DNA of 62,675 nt, counting the filler, from Theionarchaea archaeon (GTDB lineage Archaea; Methanobacteriota_B; Thermococci; Methanofastidiosales; SZ-28-30), in NCBI GenBank assembly GCA_018992565.1. It is 7 parts of 7 records of this genome, joined end to end, with 100 filler letters (N's around TTAATTAATTAA, not from the genome) between each part and the next. Parts side by side here need not be neighbours in the genome. Positions count along the whole stretch, not along the records: positions 1 to 16,240 come from JACVGW010000064.1; positions 16,341 to 20,127 come from JACVGW010000141.1; positions 20,228 to 36,217 come from JACVGW010000065.1; 4 more parts are not named here. One strand, given 5' to 3'. The notes under the pieces are model-generated. The model had not been told where the DNA came from. It saw only the letters and a program-made list of their open reading frames with translations, and did no database searches. Shown piece by piece: positions 10,703 through 20,830 of this stretch. How positions within the stretch are numbered: the first letter of the stretch is position 1; every line of letters begins with the position of its first letter. Made by a program: the position numbers and the translations under genes.

Positions 10703-10801
10703 ATGAGTAAAAAAGGATGTCGCCCGGGCATGAAGCGCTTGCTCTTAGAAGTGCTCATTATTGTTCTGGCATCGTGGCGCGGGAATACCAATTTAGCCTG
10801 A
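10703..10801 (+). CDS. Small hydrophobic peptide (32 aa), possibly type I toxin-like
   Basis: SD GGAGGTG at 10691, product MSKKGCRPGMKRLLLEVLIIVLASWRGNTNLA, TATA-like CTTATAAG at 10594. Confidence 0.4.
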   Translation: MSKKGCRPGMKRLLLEVLIIVLASWRGNTNLA

Positions 10802-10822
10802 GGGCTAAATTTCCCTTTTTTT
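10790..10822 (+). terminator. Hairpin plus T-tract terminator
   Basis: AATTTAGCC-TGAG-GGCTAAATT followed by TCCCTTTTTTT. Confidence 0.6.
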
Positions 10823-11230
10823 ATATTGATTCTATTTGACATTCCCTGAAGGGTTATGGCGGGATTTCCGTCTGAAGGCACAGGCAGAAGTCCTGCACTC
10901 AGCTTCTCAACAGCGTTGATAAACCCCCTTAAATCTATTCTTCAACTTCGCATTGTACGAGAATTGCCAAGACTGAGAAAACACAACAGATCTGAGAGAA
11001 TGTGTGTGATAATCTCATTCTGCGTGCTGTTTTAACATGGTTATAAAATTCGCACATCCAAATGTTTATATGAGGGAGAACTCATGCGGGAGCAGAAAGT
11101 GCATCGTGTCGCGAGAGGGCATAATCAACAGATCGAATTCCGTGAACGTGATAAGGAAGATCGTTTTTGATCCGGATGTAAAAGGAGAGGGTACAAAGGA
11201 GGGGGAATTTAGTCAAGAAAGGCTTAGGGA

Positions 11231-11263
11231 TGGTAGGGAAGTGACTCTTTCACTTCCCTACCA
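11231..11263. repeat. Perfect 14-bp inverted repeat
   Basis: TGGTAGGGAAGTGA-CTCTT-TCACTTCCCTACCA. Confidence 0.85.
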
Positions 11264-11311
11264 ACACCTGCTTTCAGAGTCTGAAGGTTATTGGGTTGTT
11301 TTTCTGGCAGG

Positions 11312-12106
11312 TCAATCGGCCTTAATCTCTACCTTGATTTCTTTCTGGTCTAGAACAATGTCATATCCGTCTGTCCTCCATACCAGCTTTATTACCAGCA
11401 CAAATGTGACTTCATTCGCCCCCTGTGGAAGTGAAGCCTCCAGAGTAAATCCTTTAGCCAGCAGGTCATTGAGCCATAGAACATCAGTTATGGCATATTC
11501 GAAACAACTTCCCACTTCCTCGATATCCACTCTGTAGATTTCGACATGTTCATAGTCTGTGCAGAACAGGATATGGAGGTTTTCCATCTTTCTGCTCTCT
11601 TCATTCTTTACGTACACACTAATAGGGACTTTTTCATGCTCCTTAGCAGAAATCTTGCCGGGAAGTAGCCCTGCCTCTAACTTGTCTATATTCACCACCG
11701 GTTTTCGCAGCACAAATTCGAAGGAAGTCTTGGTCGTCTTCTGATTGTCATCTGCATCGAAGTACTTCACTTTTATCACGGCTTCCACTTGATCATAGTC
11801 TCTCGTCTCCTTGAGGATGTCTACGGCTTCCAGTGTGGCTTTGATCTTCTTGGTCACACCTTCCTTGAGTTCAGCTATTTCGTTTTCCTCGAAGGTCAGC
11901 ATGGCGGGTATGTTGCTCTCCAGGCTCACCTGGAAGGCTGTGGCGGTTCCTTCATTCGTCAGCTCAATTGAGAGCTCGTAAACTTCTGAGACAATCAGTT
12001 CATCAGGAGGGCTTTCCATACTGAGAGCTATCTCAGGGGAATCACCCTGGAACACGCACCCTGAGAAAATGACTGCAACTATGAGTATAACACCTAGCCA
12101 TCTCAT
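11312..12106 (-). CDS. Hypothetical lipoprotein with Ig-like/CARDB-like beta domains
   Basis: Signal peptide with lipobox FSGC; beta-rich segment IELTNEGTATA. Confidence 0.65.
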   Translation of the reverse strand: MRWLGVILIVAVIFSGCVFQGDSPEIALSMESPPDELIVSEVYELSIELTNEGTATAFQVSLESNIPAMLTFEENEIAELKEGVTKKIKATLEAVDILKETRDYDQVEAVIKVKYFDADDNQKTTKTSFEFVLRKPVVNIDKLEAGLLPGKISAKEHEKVPISVYVKNEESRKMENLHILFCTDYEHVEIYRVDIEEVGSCFEYAITDVLWLNDLLAKGFTLEASLPQGANEVTFVLVIKLVWRTDGYDIVLDQKEIKVEIKAD

Positions 12107-12220
12107 GTCCAGTAGTATGCCGGAATCTATAAAAAGCTTTCACTTGCTTCTCGTGGAAGGAATCGGCTTCAACCCTTGCCCCATGATAAATGATTTAAGG
12201 CACGGTCCATCCATCACTCT

Positions 12221-12901
12221 GTGACAGAAACTGTCCTGGGCATTGTAGCCCATCCAGATGACGAAATTGGAATGGTAGGCACCCTGAAAAATCATGCAGA
12301 TCGGGGCGACACGGTAATCCTGGCCTGGATGACAGCGGGAGAGAACACTACTATGCTCAAAGGTACGCCTGAAGAAAAGGCAGCTGTCCGGAAAGACCAG
12401 GCAGCCAGAGTTTCATCCATTCTAGGAGTTAAGACGCGGTTTCTGGACTTCTCCGACTCACAGGTGCCCCATACGGTAGAAGCTTCCAAGCATGTGGCAG
12501 AGTTCATCAGGGAGATCAAACCGTCCATTGTCATAACCTGGAATGATTTCTGGCAGGCAGGAGCCGGGCATCCAGATCACCGAAATACGTGTTGTGTGGT
12601 GAGAGATGCAATCACATATGCACGGTTTCCGGGTCAGCGGGATGCACACAGGGACTTTGTCAGCCTGTATCTGTACTACAGTCCACGTTCTCCTCTTCCT
12701 GAAGTTTATGTAGATGTAACCCGTCAGGAAGGGATTTTCGAACAAGTTGTGGATGTGTACTCCAGGGTATATGGAGGATGGCCGGTCACTGAGTGGAAGT
12801 ACACAAACTTACGGTTCTTCGGTATGCAGGCGGGATGCGCGCTTGCTGAAGTGTTCAACGTCGTACAGAACAGGAAATCTGCTTCAGAATATCTTGAGTA
12901 A
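12221..12901 (+). CDS. PIG-L/LmbE family N-acetyl-sugar deacetylase
   Basis: AHPDDE and HPDH motifs. Confidence 0.92.
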   Translation: MTETVLGIVAHPDDEIGMVGTLKNHADRGDTVILAWMTAGENTTMLKGTPEEKAAVRKDQAARVSSILGVKTRFLDFSDSQVPHTVEASKHVAEFIREIKPSIVITWNDFWQAGAGHPDHRNTCCVVRDAITYARFPGQRDAHRDFVSLYLYYSPRSPLPEVYVDVTRQEGIFEQVVDVYSRVYGGWPVTEWKYTNLRFFGMQAGCALAEVFNVVQNRKSASEYLE

Positions 12902-12959
12902 CCGTGATGAATATCAAATCCAAGAACTTTAGGATGGACACATATGAAAAACCTTTAAA

Positions 12960-14210
12960 ATGCCCAATGAAAACCTCACTATGGAGACTGTTCGTCGTGT
13001 GGGTAAGGATGAGACTCTGCAGGTTACAGGCCCGGCACGAATTGCTGTGAAGACAGGGAGAGTTCGTATTGGTGGAGTTGATAGAAGCACGTACATTGTT
13101 AAAGAAGGGCGTTCCTGTAGCGTGGAAGGTGTCCAGGAATCAGAAGTGGGGATTGCGCTGGGCTCAGGTGCAAGAGTGGAAAAGCGCAGTCCCATGATGG
13201 CTCCACGCATGTGGCTGAAACATGCTCATGAGATACTCCAGAGGAAAGGAGTGGTGATGATATTAGGGGCCCCTGATACTGGCAAGACGACCTTTGCCTC
13301 CTTTCTGGCCAACCAGGCACTGGAAAAGGGAATATCAGTAGCTGTTATTGATTCTGATATTGGTCAGTCTGATATTGGCCCCCCTTCTACTATTGGACTT
13401 GCTTTTGTGAGAACCAGTATTGCCCGTCTTGCAGAGGTTCCTGCTGATGAATTCTACTTCGTGGGCACTACATCAGTGAAGGACGTGTGTGACATGGTTG
13501 TAGGGTTGCAGGAAATGATAGAAAAAGCCAGGGGACAGGCCGATGTGGTCATCATTGACACCTGTGGATATGTTTCAGGCGACACGGGAAGACGGCTCAA
13601 GGCTCTCAAACTTCAGGCCGTGCATCCGGATTTTGTCGTTGCACTGCAACATAACAGAGAATTGTATCCCATTCTGAGAACCTGGAAAGGCAACATCATA
13701 GAGGCAGAAATACCTAAGGAAGTACGGAGAGTACCCAGGCATATTCGAAAAGAGATCAGGGAATCCAGATGGAAAAGAGCATTTGAAGGGGCACAGGAGC
13801 GTAACATCGATCTGGAAGAAAAGATGCTGCATAATACTTATTTGCTTTCAGGGGAGGTCACTGAAACCAGGATGTTTCAGAAACTACTGCAGTGCCGTGT
13901 CCTCCATGCTGAAGAGATCCCTGAGGGGTACCTAATCGTGAAGGAGGATGCCTTCCACGAGTATCAGTCACCTCATGTGTCGATGACTTCTGATACCCTG
14001 CGTATTCTTGATGCAGGGTGGGAAGAAAACCTGGTGGTCGGGCTGATGACCGATGGGAGATTTGTAGATTTGGGCATTGTAAAGAAAATTAACTACAAGA
14101 CCATGATGGCAGTCATTTCCTGCAGAGAGCATTCATTTGATGCCATCAAATTCGGCAGAATAAAAGTGGATGAATCAGGACGCGAAATTGGGTTTGTACC
14201 CTGGTGTTGA
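12960..14210 (+). CDS. Clp1/Grc3-type polynucleotide 5'-hydroxyl kinase
   Basis: GAPDTGKTT, DSDIGQSDIGPP, IIDTCG and an RxxxR lid. Confidence 0.88.
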   Translation: MPNENLTMETVRRVGKDETLQVTGPARIAVKTGRVRIGGVDRSTYIVKEGRSCSVEGVQESEVGIALGSGARVEKRSPMMAPRMWLKHAHEILQRKGVVMILGAPDTGKTTFASFLANQALEKGISVAVIDSDIGQSDIGPPSTIGLAFVRTSIARLAEVPADEFYFVGTTSVKDVCDMVVGLQEMIEKARGQADVVIIDTCGYVSGDTGRRLKALKLQAVHPDFVVALQHNRELYPILRTWKGNIIEAEIPKEVRRVPRHIRKEIRESRWKRAFEGAQERNIDLEEKMLHNTYLLSGEVTETRMFQKLLQCRVLHAEEIPEGYLIVKEDAFHEYQSPHVSMTSDTLRILDAGWEENLVVGLMTDGRFVDLGIVKKINYKTMMAVISCREHSFDAIKFGRIKVDESGREIGFVPWC

Positions 14211-14423
14211 AGAGCGGCCGATTGAACCCGGTACGAAGCATGCAACTGCTCATTCTTCTGCAAAATAAAAAATCAGCAGAAAAGGTGTCACAGGCAGTGC
14301 CAATTCTGTCCCACAGAAACGATGTGAGTAAGAATCATCTCATGGAGGTTACTGAAGAAAGGACTTCGAGAAGGCAGAACCTAATCTACGCTATCTGACT
14401 CACTCAACGTCAAAACAGACGAT

Positions 14424-15482
14424 TCATGCAGAATCAGCAAAGTGCTGCATCTTGCTGCTGACCTCATCCAGTTCTGCAACTTCTGTCCCTTTCAGGCTCC
14501 ATCCCAGAGCTCCTGCGTTTTCTAAGGCCTGCCTTTCGTTCTTTACTCCTACAATGGGCACCGCACCCTTACACATGACCCAGTTCAAAGCCACCTGGGT
14601 GGGTGTCTTATCATGGGCTGCGGCAATGTCGCCCAGCAGGTCAATGAGAGGCTGGATTTGGATGATCTCATCAGGTCCGAATTGACATGCTTTTGCCGCA
14701 GAACACGCTGGGAGAACAAGAGAATAAGCATGGAGAGCCAGGCGCTCTTTCAACCTGAATTTGTGGATGGGTGGATGTTCTGGAGTATATTTACCTGTCA
14801 ATACTCCCATAGCCAGGGGACTGTAGGCAATGAGAGTAATGCCCTGCTGATGGCACGCTTCAAGCAATCCTTCATACTCTGGCTCGCGATTGAGAAGGCT
14901 GAATTCTACCTGGTTTGAAGAAAGACTCATTCCCCGTTCTGAAAACAAGTCTACTGCCTGGAGCATCTGATGACAATTGCAGTTAGAAATGCCAACAGCA
15001 CGAGTCTTTCCCGTTTCCAGAGCTTCAGTCAGTGAATCCATCCAGGTTTCAAAAGAGACTGGCGGGAAATGTTTGTGAAACTGATAGAGATCAACTCTCT
15101 CCATATCTAGTCGATTCAGACTGTTTTCCAGGGCTGCAAGCAGGCTCGATTTTCGCAGCCTCCAGGGAGAAGGCAGGAACTTGGTGCCAATGACCAATGG
15201 TTCGGTACGCAAACGTACAAACTGACCCAGCAGCCGTTCAGCTTGTCCCCATCCATACGCTTCTGCCGTGTCAAAAAAGTTGATACCTTTTTCCACACTG
15301 ATCCTGAATGCAGTCTCCAGGTCCTGCCTGGTATAGCTCTGGCCATATCCCCAGATCATATGATCTCCCCAGGACCACGTTCCAACACCCAGTGGGGATA
15401 CCATCATATCGGTACGGCCTAGCTGGACGCGGGGGAGTTCTGGATTCCTGGCCTGATTCTCTTCGGCTGGCATCTTACTCAT
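14424..15482 (-). CDS. Aldo/keto reductase
   Basis: GVGTWSWG, FFDTAEAYG, IGISN, AYSPLAMG and TQVALNW. Confidence 0.93.
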   Translation of the reverse strand: MSKMPAEENQARNPELPRVQLGRTDMMVSPLGVGTWSWGDHMIWGYGQSYTRQDLETAFRISVEKGINFFDTAEAYGWGQAERLLGQFVRLRTEPLVIGTKFLPSPWRLRKSSLLAALENSLNRLDMERVDLYQFHKHFPPVSFETWMDSLTEALETGKTRAVGISNCNCHQMLQAVDLFSERGMSLSSNQVEFSLLNREPEYEGLLEACHQQGITLIAYSPLAMGVLTGKYTPEHPPIHKFRLKERLALHAYSLVLPACSAAKACQFGPDEIIQIQPLIDLLGDIAAAHDKTPTQVALNWVMCKGAVPIVGVKNERQALENAGALGWSLKGTEVAELDEVSSKMQHFADSA

Positions 15483-15511
15483 TCTTATCCCACCTTCTAA
15501 TGGAACCAATT

Positions 15512-16150
15512 CTAGTCTTCTTCAACAGGGGTCTTGGGTACTCTGAACACATCGAATTGATCTCCCATGGCCCGGCACTCAATTTCCCGTATGTCATAGG
15601 TATGTCCAGTGATCCACTCCATGAGATACTGAAGTCTTCCCACGCAGGTTGCACACATGGGTGTATCAGAAGTAATTCCCTTGCTTTCAAAGTTGTCTTT
15701 ATCAATGAGTAAAAAGCAGTCTTCCTCTTCTCTGATTTCTATTCGGGGGCTGTACTCCGGAGAAGGCTGTCTTCGATCATATTCCTCTGCAAATTTCTTC
15801 AGGGCAAGACTGATGCGCGTCTGTCCGGGGAGAAGGCGAGTGGACAACTTGAGTGCTCCTGCAATGGTGGGGCGCTTGGTGACACCGATACGGATGAATT
15901 CTTTCCCAATGCGCAGCTGAAGGCTGCGAGCACCTTTTCGGCCAAAGAGCTCAAGAAGGGCAAGATACAGTCTGTGAAGGTCCTCAACGGCGATATCAAG
16001 GTTGTCGTTATCTGGTGGAGGAGACTCAATGTACTTCTCCAGATGAGAATAGTTCAGTAATGATTTCACCCCATTAACTCCAATGACACTTTCCAGCGTT
16101 TCAAGCCAAAGCCTTAGAGTTATGTTGTCAGTTTTCGCTTCTTCAGGCAC
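15512..16150 (-). CDS. V4R (4-vinyl reductase) domain protein
   Basis: C-terminal PMC...EWITG...EIECRAMGD-F pattern. Confidence 0.8.
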   Translation of the reverse strand: MPEEAKTDNITLRLWLETLESVIGVNGVKSLLNYSHLEKYIESPPPDNDNLDIAVEDLHRLYLALLELFGRKGARSLQLRIGKEFIRIGVTKRPTIAGALKLSTRLLPGQTRISLALKKFAEEYDRRQPSPEYSPRIEIREEEDCFLLIDKDNFESKGITSDTPMCATCVGRLQYLMEWITGHTYDIREIECRAMGDQFDVFRVPKTPVEED

Positions 16151-16240
16151 AGATTCTCACCTCGTGCATGTTGTTGTTGGCAGCCCTGTCGAAGGGATGA
16201 GCTTGCATTCCATCTGACTGCCTGTTTCACATCTCTTCTC

Positions 16241-16340
16241 NNNNNNNNNNNNNNNNNNNNNNNNNNNNNNNNNNNNNNNNNNNNTTAATTAATTAANNNN
16301 NNNNNNNNNNNNNNNNNNNNNNNNNNNNNNNNNNNNNNNN
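16241..16340. other. Contig-join linker (N-TTAATTAATTAA-N), assembly artefact
   Basis: Six-frame-stop spacer padded with N. Identical linkers occur at 20128-20227, 36218-36317, 51706-51805, 55450-55549 and 59141-59240. Confidence 0.97.
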
Positions 16341-16415
16341 GGTGCAGTCTCAGGAGGTGCAGTCTCAGGAGGTGCAGTCTCAGGAGGTGCAGTCTCAGGA
16401 GGTGCAGTCTCAGGA
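16341..16415. repeat. 15-bp tandem repeat x5 encoding PPETA
   Basis: GGTGCAGTCTCAGGA repeated five times, abutting the contig end. Confidence 0.95.
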
Positions 16416-17386
16416 AGTGTCGTTTGTTGTTTTTCATGAAGATTGCAGCCAAAGATGTCTTCTCGACTTGTCCACACAATGTACTCTCTACAAATTACTG
16501 CTTCTTTCCCAGCCCATATCCAGAATTCTTCTTTTGTTGAAAGGTTATAACCAGAGACATCCAATCTGTCATAGCCAAGATTTGTCCAAACAACGATATC
16601 TCCATATATTTTTGGCCACACTTGATCACCTGGATTTGTTATGATAGAAAATTCTTCCTTCGTTGAAAGGTTGTACCCAAAGATATCATAATTACCATTT
16701 CGATTATCTTGCCACACCACAATGTCTCGAAAAAGTGCGGGTGCACTTTGTCTTTTCGAATTACTTGTTATCTGAAACTCTTCCTGTGTTACTAGATTGT
16801 ACCCGTAGATGTCTTCATTACCATTTCTCCGATCTTCCCACACGACAATATTCCCATAGATTGCAGGATATTCTTGGTTTCCTTGATCTTCTGTTATTTG
16901 GAATTCTTCTCGTGTTACTAGATTGTACCCGTAGATGTCTTCATTACCATTTCTCCGATCTTCCCACACGACAATATTCCCATAGATTGCAGGATAGCTT
17001 TGGAAGCTCGGATCTTCTGTTATTTGGAATTCTTCTTGTGTTACTAGATTGTACCTGTAGATATCTTCATTACCATTTCGATTATCTTCCCACACAACAA
17101 TATTCCCGTATATTGCAGGAAATTCTTGTGCATCTTGATCTTTTGTAATTTGAAATTCTTTTCTTGTCAAAAGTTCATACCCGTAAATATCAAGGTTGTA
17201 ACTAGAGAATGTCTTCACATTTCTCCAATCTGTCCACACTACAATATTCTCATCAATTGCTGGGGACCATTGTCTTGCTGTATCCTGTGTTATTTGAAAT
17301 ATTCCGGGATCTTCTAATGGCACTACCTGAATCAATAAGAAGACTGTAAATATTCCTCTGGTCCAATTATCTATTTTCATATTCAC
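16341..17386 (-). CDS. Cell-surface beta-propeller repeat protein (TolB-like, archaeal), 3' truncated
   Basis: Signal peptide, about seven 42-aa repeats (FQIT...PAIYGNIVVWEDxRNGNxDIYGYNL) and a PPETA linker that runs into the gap. Confidence 0.85.
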
Positions 17387-17974
17387 ACCTCCTTTCTTTA
17401 AGAGAATTCAAGACTATTTAATCCTTCTGAAGGATATTCCTGATCCTTTAATCCGCTTTGCCTTAGGTTATAATAACCAACCCCTGCATCAGGACACTTG
17501 AAAGTGTCTTTGACTGGTTTGAAAAGCTTAAGAGGACCAGATATGATAGACATATCTACGATGTGCTCCTTCAATCCCTCAGCAGTTTTAAGGCCCCCAC
17601 AGTGTACATGCAACGTGAATATCTCGATCAGGCAATTTTCCCAGCCTTTCCGGGTTCTTTCATCCTATGATTCCTCCTTCTTTCTGGATTATTCTGAAAT
17701 TCAAAGATCTGTGCGCACTGAACATGTGGGATGAGGCATATCTCTGATCTTGGAACAAATCATTTTTCCTGGAAAGAAGAAAGTATTCCAGCAGTCTATT
17801 TGAGACAAAGACTCTCTGGAATTTTACTTCAACCGTTCTAAACCATATGAAACTGTGCTAAATGTATTAAGATTCGAATTGTTGATGTTTTACGATGTTT
17901 AAACAATGTGAACAATGAAAACGTTCTTAAATTACCGGGGTTTTCTGTCACAAATCTCACAGGAGGTGAAAGAG

Positions 17975-19720
17975 TTGAAAGGAAAAAAAGCAATGCTGTT
18001 AGTAATGATACTCGCAATGAGTATCCCGTCTGTTATATCGAGTAACAATTCCGTCAGTGTGGAGTACACATTTGACACCATCTTCATAAACAACCACTGG
18101 GTTATAGAGAACGGTATTCTACAGGAGATTGCAGGTGAACCACTGGTACCTTACTATCCCGCACGGATTCTTCTCCCTCAAGACACTGAGGTTACTGATG
18201 TCACTATTTCCCACAGCAGCCCCATCATCCAGCAGGGAATTGACATCCAGTGGGGACAGCCCCCATGTACGTTCAGTGACACTCCCGTCAAGGTGGGGAG
18301 AAACAGTGGAATCTATGGCTCAGACAATCCCTACCCTGGTAAGATGATTGACATCCTTTCTGTTCAATCTTTCAGAGGGTTCCAAATACTGTATGTAAAT
18401 TTGTTCCCACTGCAATACCAGCCAAAATCGCAGACAGTAACACTCTATGAAACGATAACAGTGAACGTCAAGACTCAGAGAGGCCCCGGTCATACCCTGT
18501 ACAGAGGACATAGTGCAGACAGAGAGGCTATCATAGATCTGGTAGACAACCCTGAAACAGTGAATACCTACACGACTCCTGCGCAGAGTGTGTCACCACT
18601 CCTTGAATCAGGGACCTACGAATACGTCATCATAACCAGCGACGCGCTGACGCCTACCTTCCAGGCACTTGCCAACCACAAAGCTGCTTTCGTGAATGGA
18701 ACGAAAATTGTCGATATCCAGTGGATCTACTCCAACTACACAGGGCTGGACAATCCCATGAGGGTGAGGAACTTTATCACAGACGCCTATAATACCTGGG
18801 GAACCAACTGGTGTCTCCTGGGTGGAGATGTGGATGTTGTTCCTTACAGAGGATTCTATGTAAGGGTACAAGGAGGAAGAGATCCAGACATGGCAGCTGA
18901 CATGTACTTCGGATGTCTGGATGGCACATTTGACGCAGATGGTGACCAACGCTACGGAGAAGAAAGAGATGGCATTGACTGGCTGGAGGAGGTCTTCGTT
19001 GGAAGGGCACCTGTGGAGACAGTTGATGAAGCTCAAGTATTTGTCAACAAGGTCATAGCCTATGAACTAGCGCCCAAACAGAAAATCTGTCAGTTCCACC
19101 AGTCTCGATTGGCCAGAGACAACACCCCTGATGCCAGAGTGATCGCTTGGGACTGCGAGTACTGGACACCCTCCGACTACGAAAAACGAGAGTTGTTTGA
19201 AGAGAACGGCAATGTATCTAAGTCCGATTGGATCACTGCATGGAACGGAAAGCCCCTCATGTTCCAGCACGTAGGACATGGCAATACCACAGTCTACGGC
19301 ATCTGCTATGAAGTGGGGGGAGAGGTTGCCTGGTATAACGCAGACGTTCCGAGTCTAATCAACACTGACTTCTGGCCCATTCACATGAGCGTTGCCTGCA
19401 TCACCGGAGAATTCGAGGCTAACGACTGTCTGGCTGAAATGTATGTCAAGGATGACGCAGGAGCCATTGCCACCATGATGAACGACAACTATGGATGGTA
19501 TTCCTCACTTGATGCCTCCAAGTACTCAGGGGAATTCCTAGAAACCATGTTCAGAGCTCTGTTCAGTGATGGAAAACAGAACCTAGGAGAACTTCTAAAT
19601 CAGGCCAAGAGTTACTGGATCTCTGCAGCGGAGTCCAATGGAACATATAGATGGTGCTACTTTGAGATCAACCTCATGGGAGATCCTGAAACACCCTGTT
19701 TAACTCAGAGAGCCTTTTAA
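17975..19720 (+). CDS. Peptidase C25 (gingipain-like) with propeptide, paralog 1
   Basis: Signal peptide, LLGGD, VGRAP, catalytic HVGHG and SVAC, NLMGDP. TTG start after GGAGGTGA. Confidence 0.9.
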   Translation: MKGKKAMLLVMILAMSIPSVISSNNSVSVEYTFDTIFINNHWVIENGILQEIAGEPLVPYYPARILLPQDTEVTDVTISHSSPIIQQGIDIQWGQPPCTFSDTPVKVGRNSGIYGSDNPYPGKMIDILSVQSFRGFQILYVNLFPLQYQPKSQTVTLYETITVNVKTQRGPGHTLYRGHSADREAIIDLVDNPETVNTYTTPAQSVSPLLESGTYEYVIITSDALTPTFQALANHKAAFVNGTKIVDIQWIYSNYTGLDNPMRVRNFITDAYNTWGTNWCLLGGDVDVVPYRGFYVRVQGGRDPDMAADMYFGCLDGTFDADGDQRYGEERDGIDWLEEVFVGRAPVETVDEAQVFVNKVIAYELAPKQKICQFHQSRLARDNTPDARVIAWDCEYWTPSDYEKRELFEENGNVSKSDWITAWNGKPLMFQHVGHGNTTVYGICYEVGGEVAWYNADVPSLINTDFWPIHMSVACITGEFEANDCLAEMYVKDDAGAIATMMNDNYGWYSSLDASKYSGEFLETMFRALFSDGKQNLGELLNQAKSYWISAAESNGTYRWCYFEINLMGDPETPCLTQRAF

Positions 19721-20061
19721 TCGTCTCTTTTTTATTTCTTTTTCTTTTCGAGTGTATTGATGATACTGATTTACCAGCACTACAGAGTTTGAGGAATACA
19801 GTGGTTCAACGATTGGTGCCATTATGACTTGGAGAACCTCTGGACCCCTTATCCTGGTTAATAGCGCTCTCAGTCTGACACTACTCCCAGTGCTCGCTTT
19901 TTCTTCTCGTATTATACGTTTTTCCAGAAAAAGACCACTCTGAATCCTCCAGCAGAAAAACCATTCAAAGTCTAAGAACCAATTCCTGCGCTGCAAGACT
20001 TGATATGGCGTTCCCAAGAACAAGAAACAGAAGAAAATACAAAAAAGAAAGAAAAATATGT

Positions 20062-20127
20062 TTACAGCTGGTCAATCAGGTCTTGAGCTGCTTCTCTGGT
20101 GGCGTCTCTGTCAGCACCTGCGATGAT
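20062..20127 (-). CDS. S-layer protein C-terminal fragment
   Basis: IIAGADRDATREAAQDLIDQL* resembles the C-terminus of Thermococcales/Methanococcales S-layer proteins. Confidence 0.6.
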   Translation of the reverse strand: MIAGADRDATREAAQDLIDQL

Positions 20128-20227
20128 NNNNNNNNNNNNNNNNNNNNNNNNNNNNNNNNNNNNNNNNNNNNTTAATTAATTAANNNNNNNNNNNNNNNNN
20201 NNNNNNNNNNNNNNNNNNNNNNNNNNN

Positions 20228-20827
20228 GGACTGTTCACCGACTGCATTACTGCCTCCCGTTCTATTTCCCAGGATGTAATTCGCAGGGTAGATGCAGGGT
20301 GTGTGACCTTTGGTTGTGAAAAGAGGTATTTTATCGGGGTGGCAGGCATGGGATTTGACGGGCTCGTTTCCAAGACTACCAGCCAGGTTACAAAGCCCAA
20401 GATGGGAACTGTCCCCTACATCATGGGTATTTTGAAGCACCTGGCAGAGTACAAGAGTGCCGAGGTTTCCCTCACCATTGATGACCTGCACATTCATCAG
20501 AAGGTTATGTTCGTGGATGTAGCTAACGGGAAATATGTGGGGGCGGGCATGAACATTGCGCCCCATGCAGAAGTGGATGATGGGCTGTTTGACGTCATCA
20601 TCATTGGGGACCTGAGCCGGCTTGAATCACTAATGAAGCTGCCCACGCTGTACCGGGGAACCCACCTGAGTAACCCCAAGGTAGCAGCTTTCAGAGGGCA
20701 CCATGTGGAGCTGCATTCCCCCCAGCCCCTCTCTATCCACGTGGAAGGGGAATACATTGGAGACACACCTGCAGCGTTTGACATACACCAGAAGGCGCTG
20801 AAATTCTGCGCACCTCTTTCCACATAG
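20228..20827 (+). CDS. Diacylglycerol kinase family (YegS/BmrU-like) lipid kinase, 5' truncated
   Basis: AGMGFDG, ANGKYVGAG, DDGLFDV and VEGE. Confidence 0.88.
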   Translation, partial: GLFTDCITASRSISQDVIRRVDAGCVTFGCEKRYFIGVAGMGFDGLVSKTTSQVTKPKMGTVPYIMGILKHLAEYKSAEVSLTIDDLHIHQKVMFVDVANGKYVGAGMNIAPHAEVDDGLFDVIIIGDLSRLESLMKLPTLYRGTHLSNPKVAAFRGHHVELHSPQPLSIHVEGEYIGDTPAAFDIHQKALKFCAPLST

Positions 20828-20830
20828 AGC

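Noticed and set aside
10840..10920. Small hairpins as a riboswitch
   Set aside because: The conserved cores of TPP, cobalamin, FMN and fluoride riboswitches were not recognisable.
16341..17170. Repeats as a CRISPR array
   Set aside because: They are in-frame coding repeats with no unique spacers, and no cas genes are present. No CRISPR array was seen in the window.
17398..17670. Short minus-strand ORF upstream of the propeller gene
   Set aside because: It has no recognisable motif or good start. It may be a gene remnant but cannot be supported.
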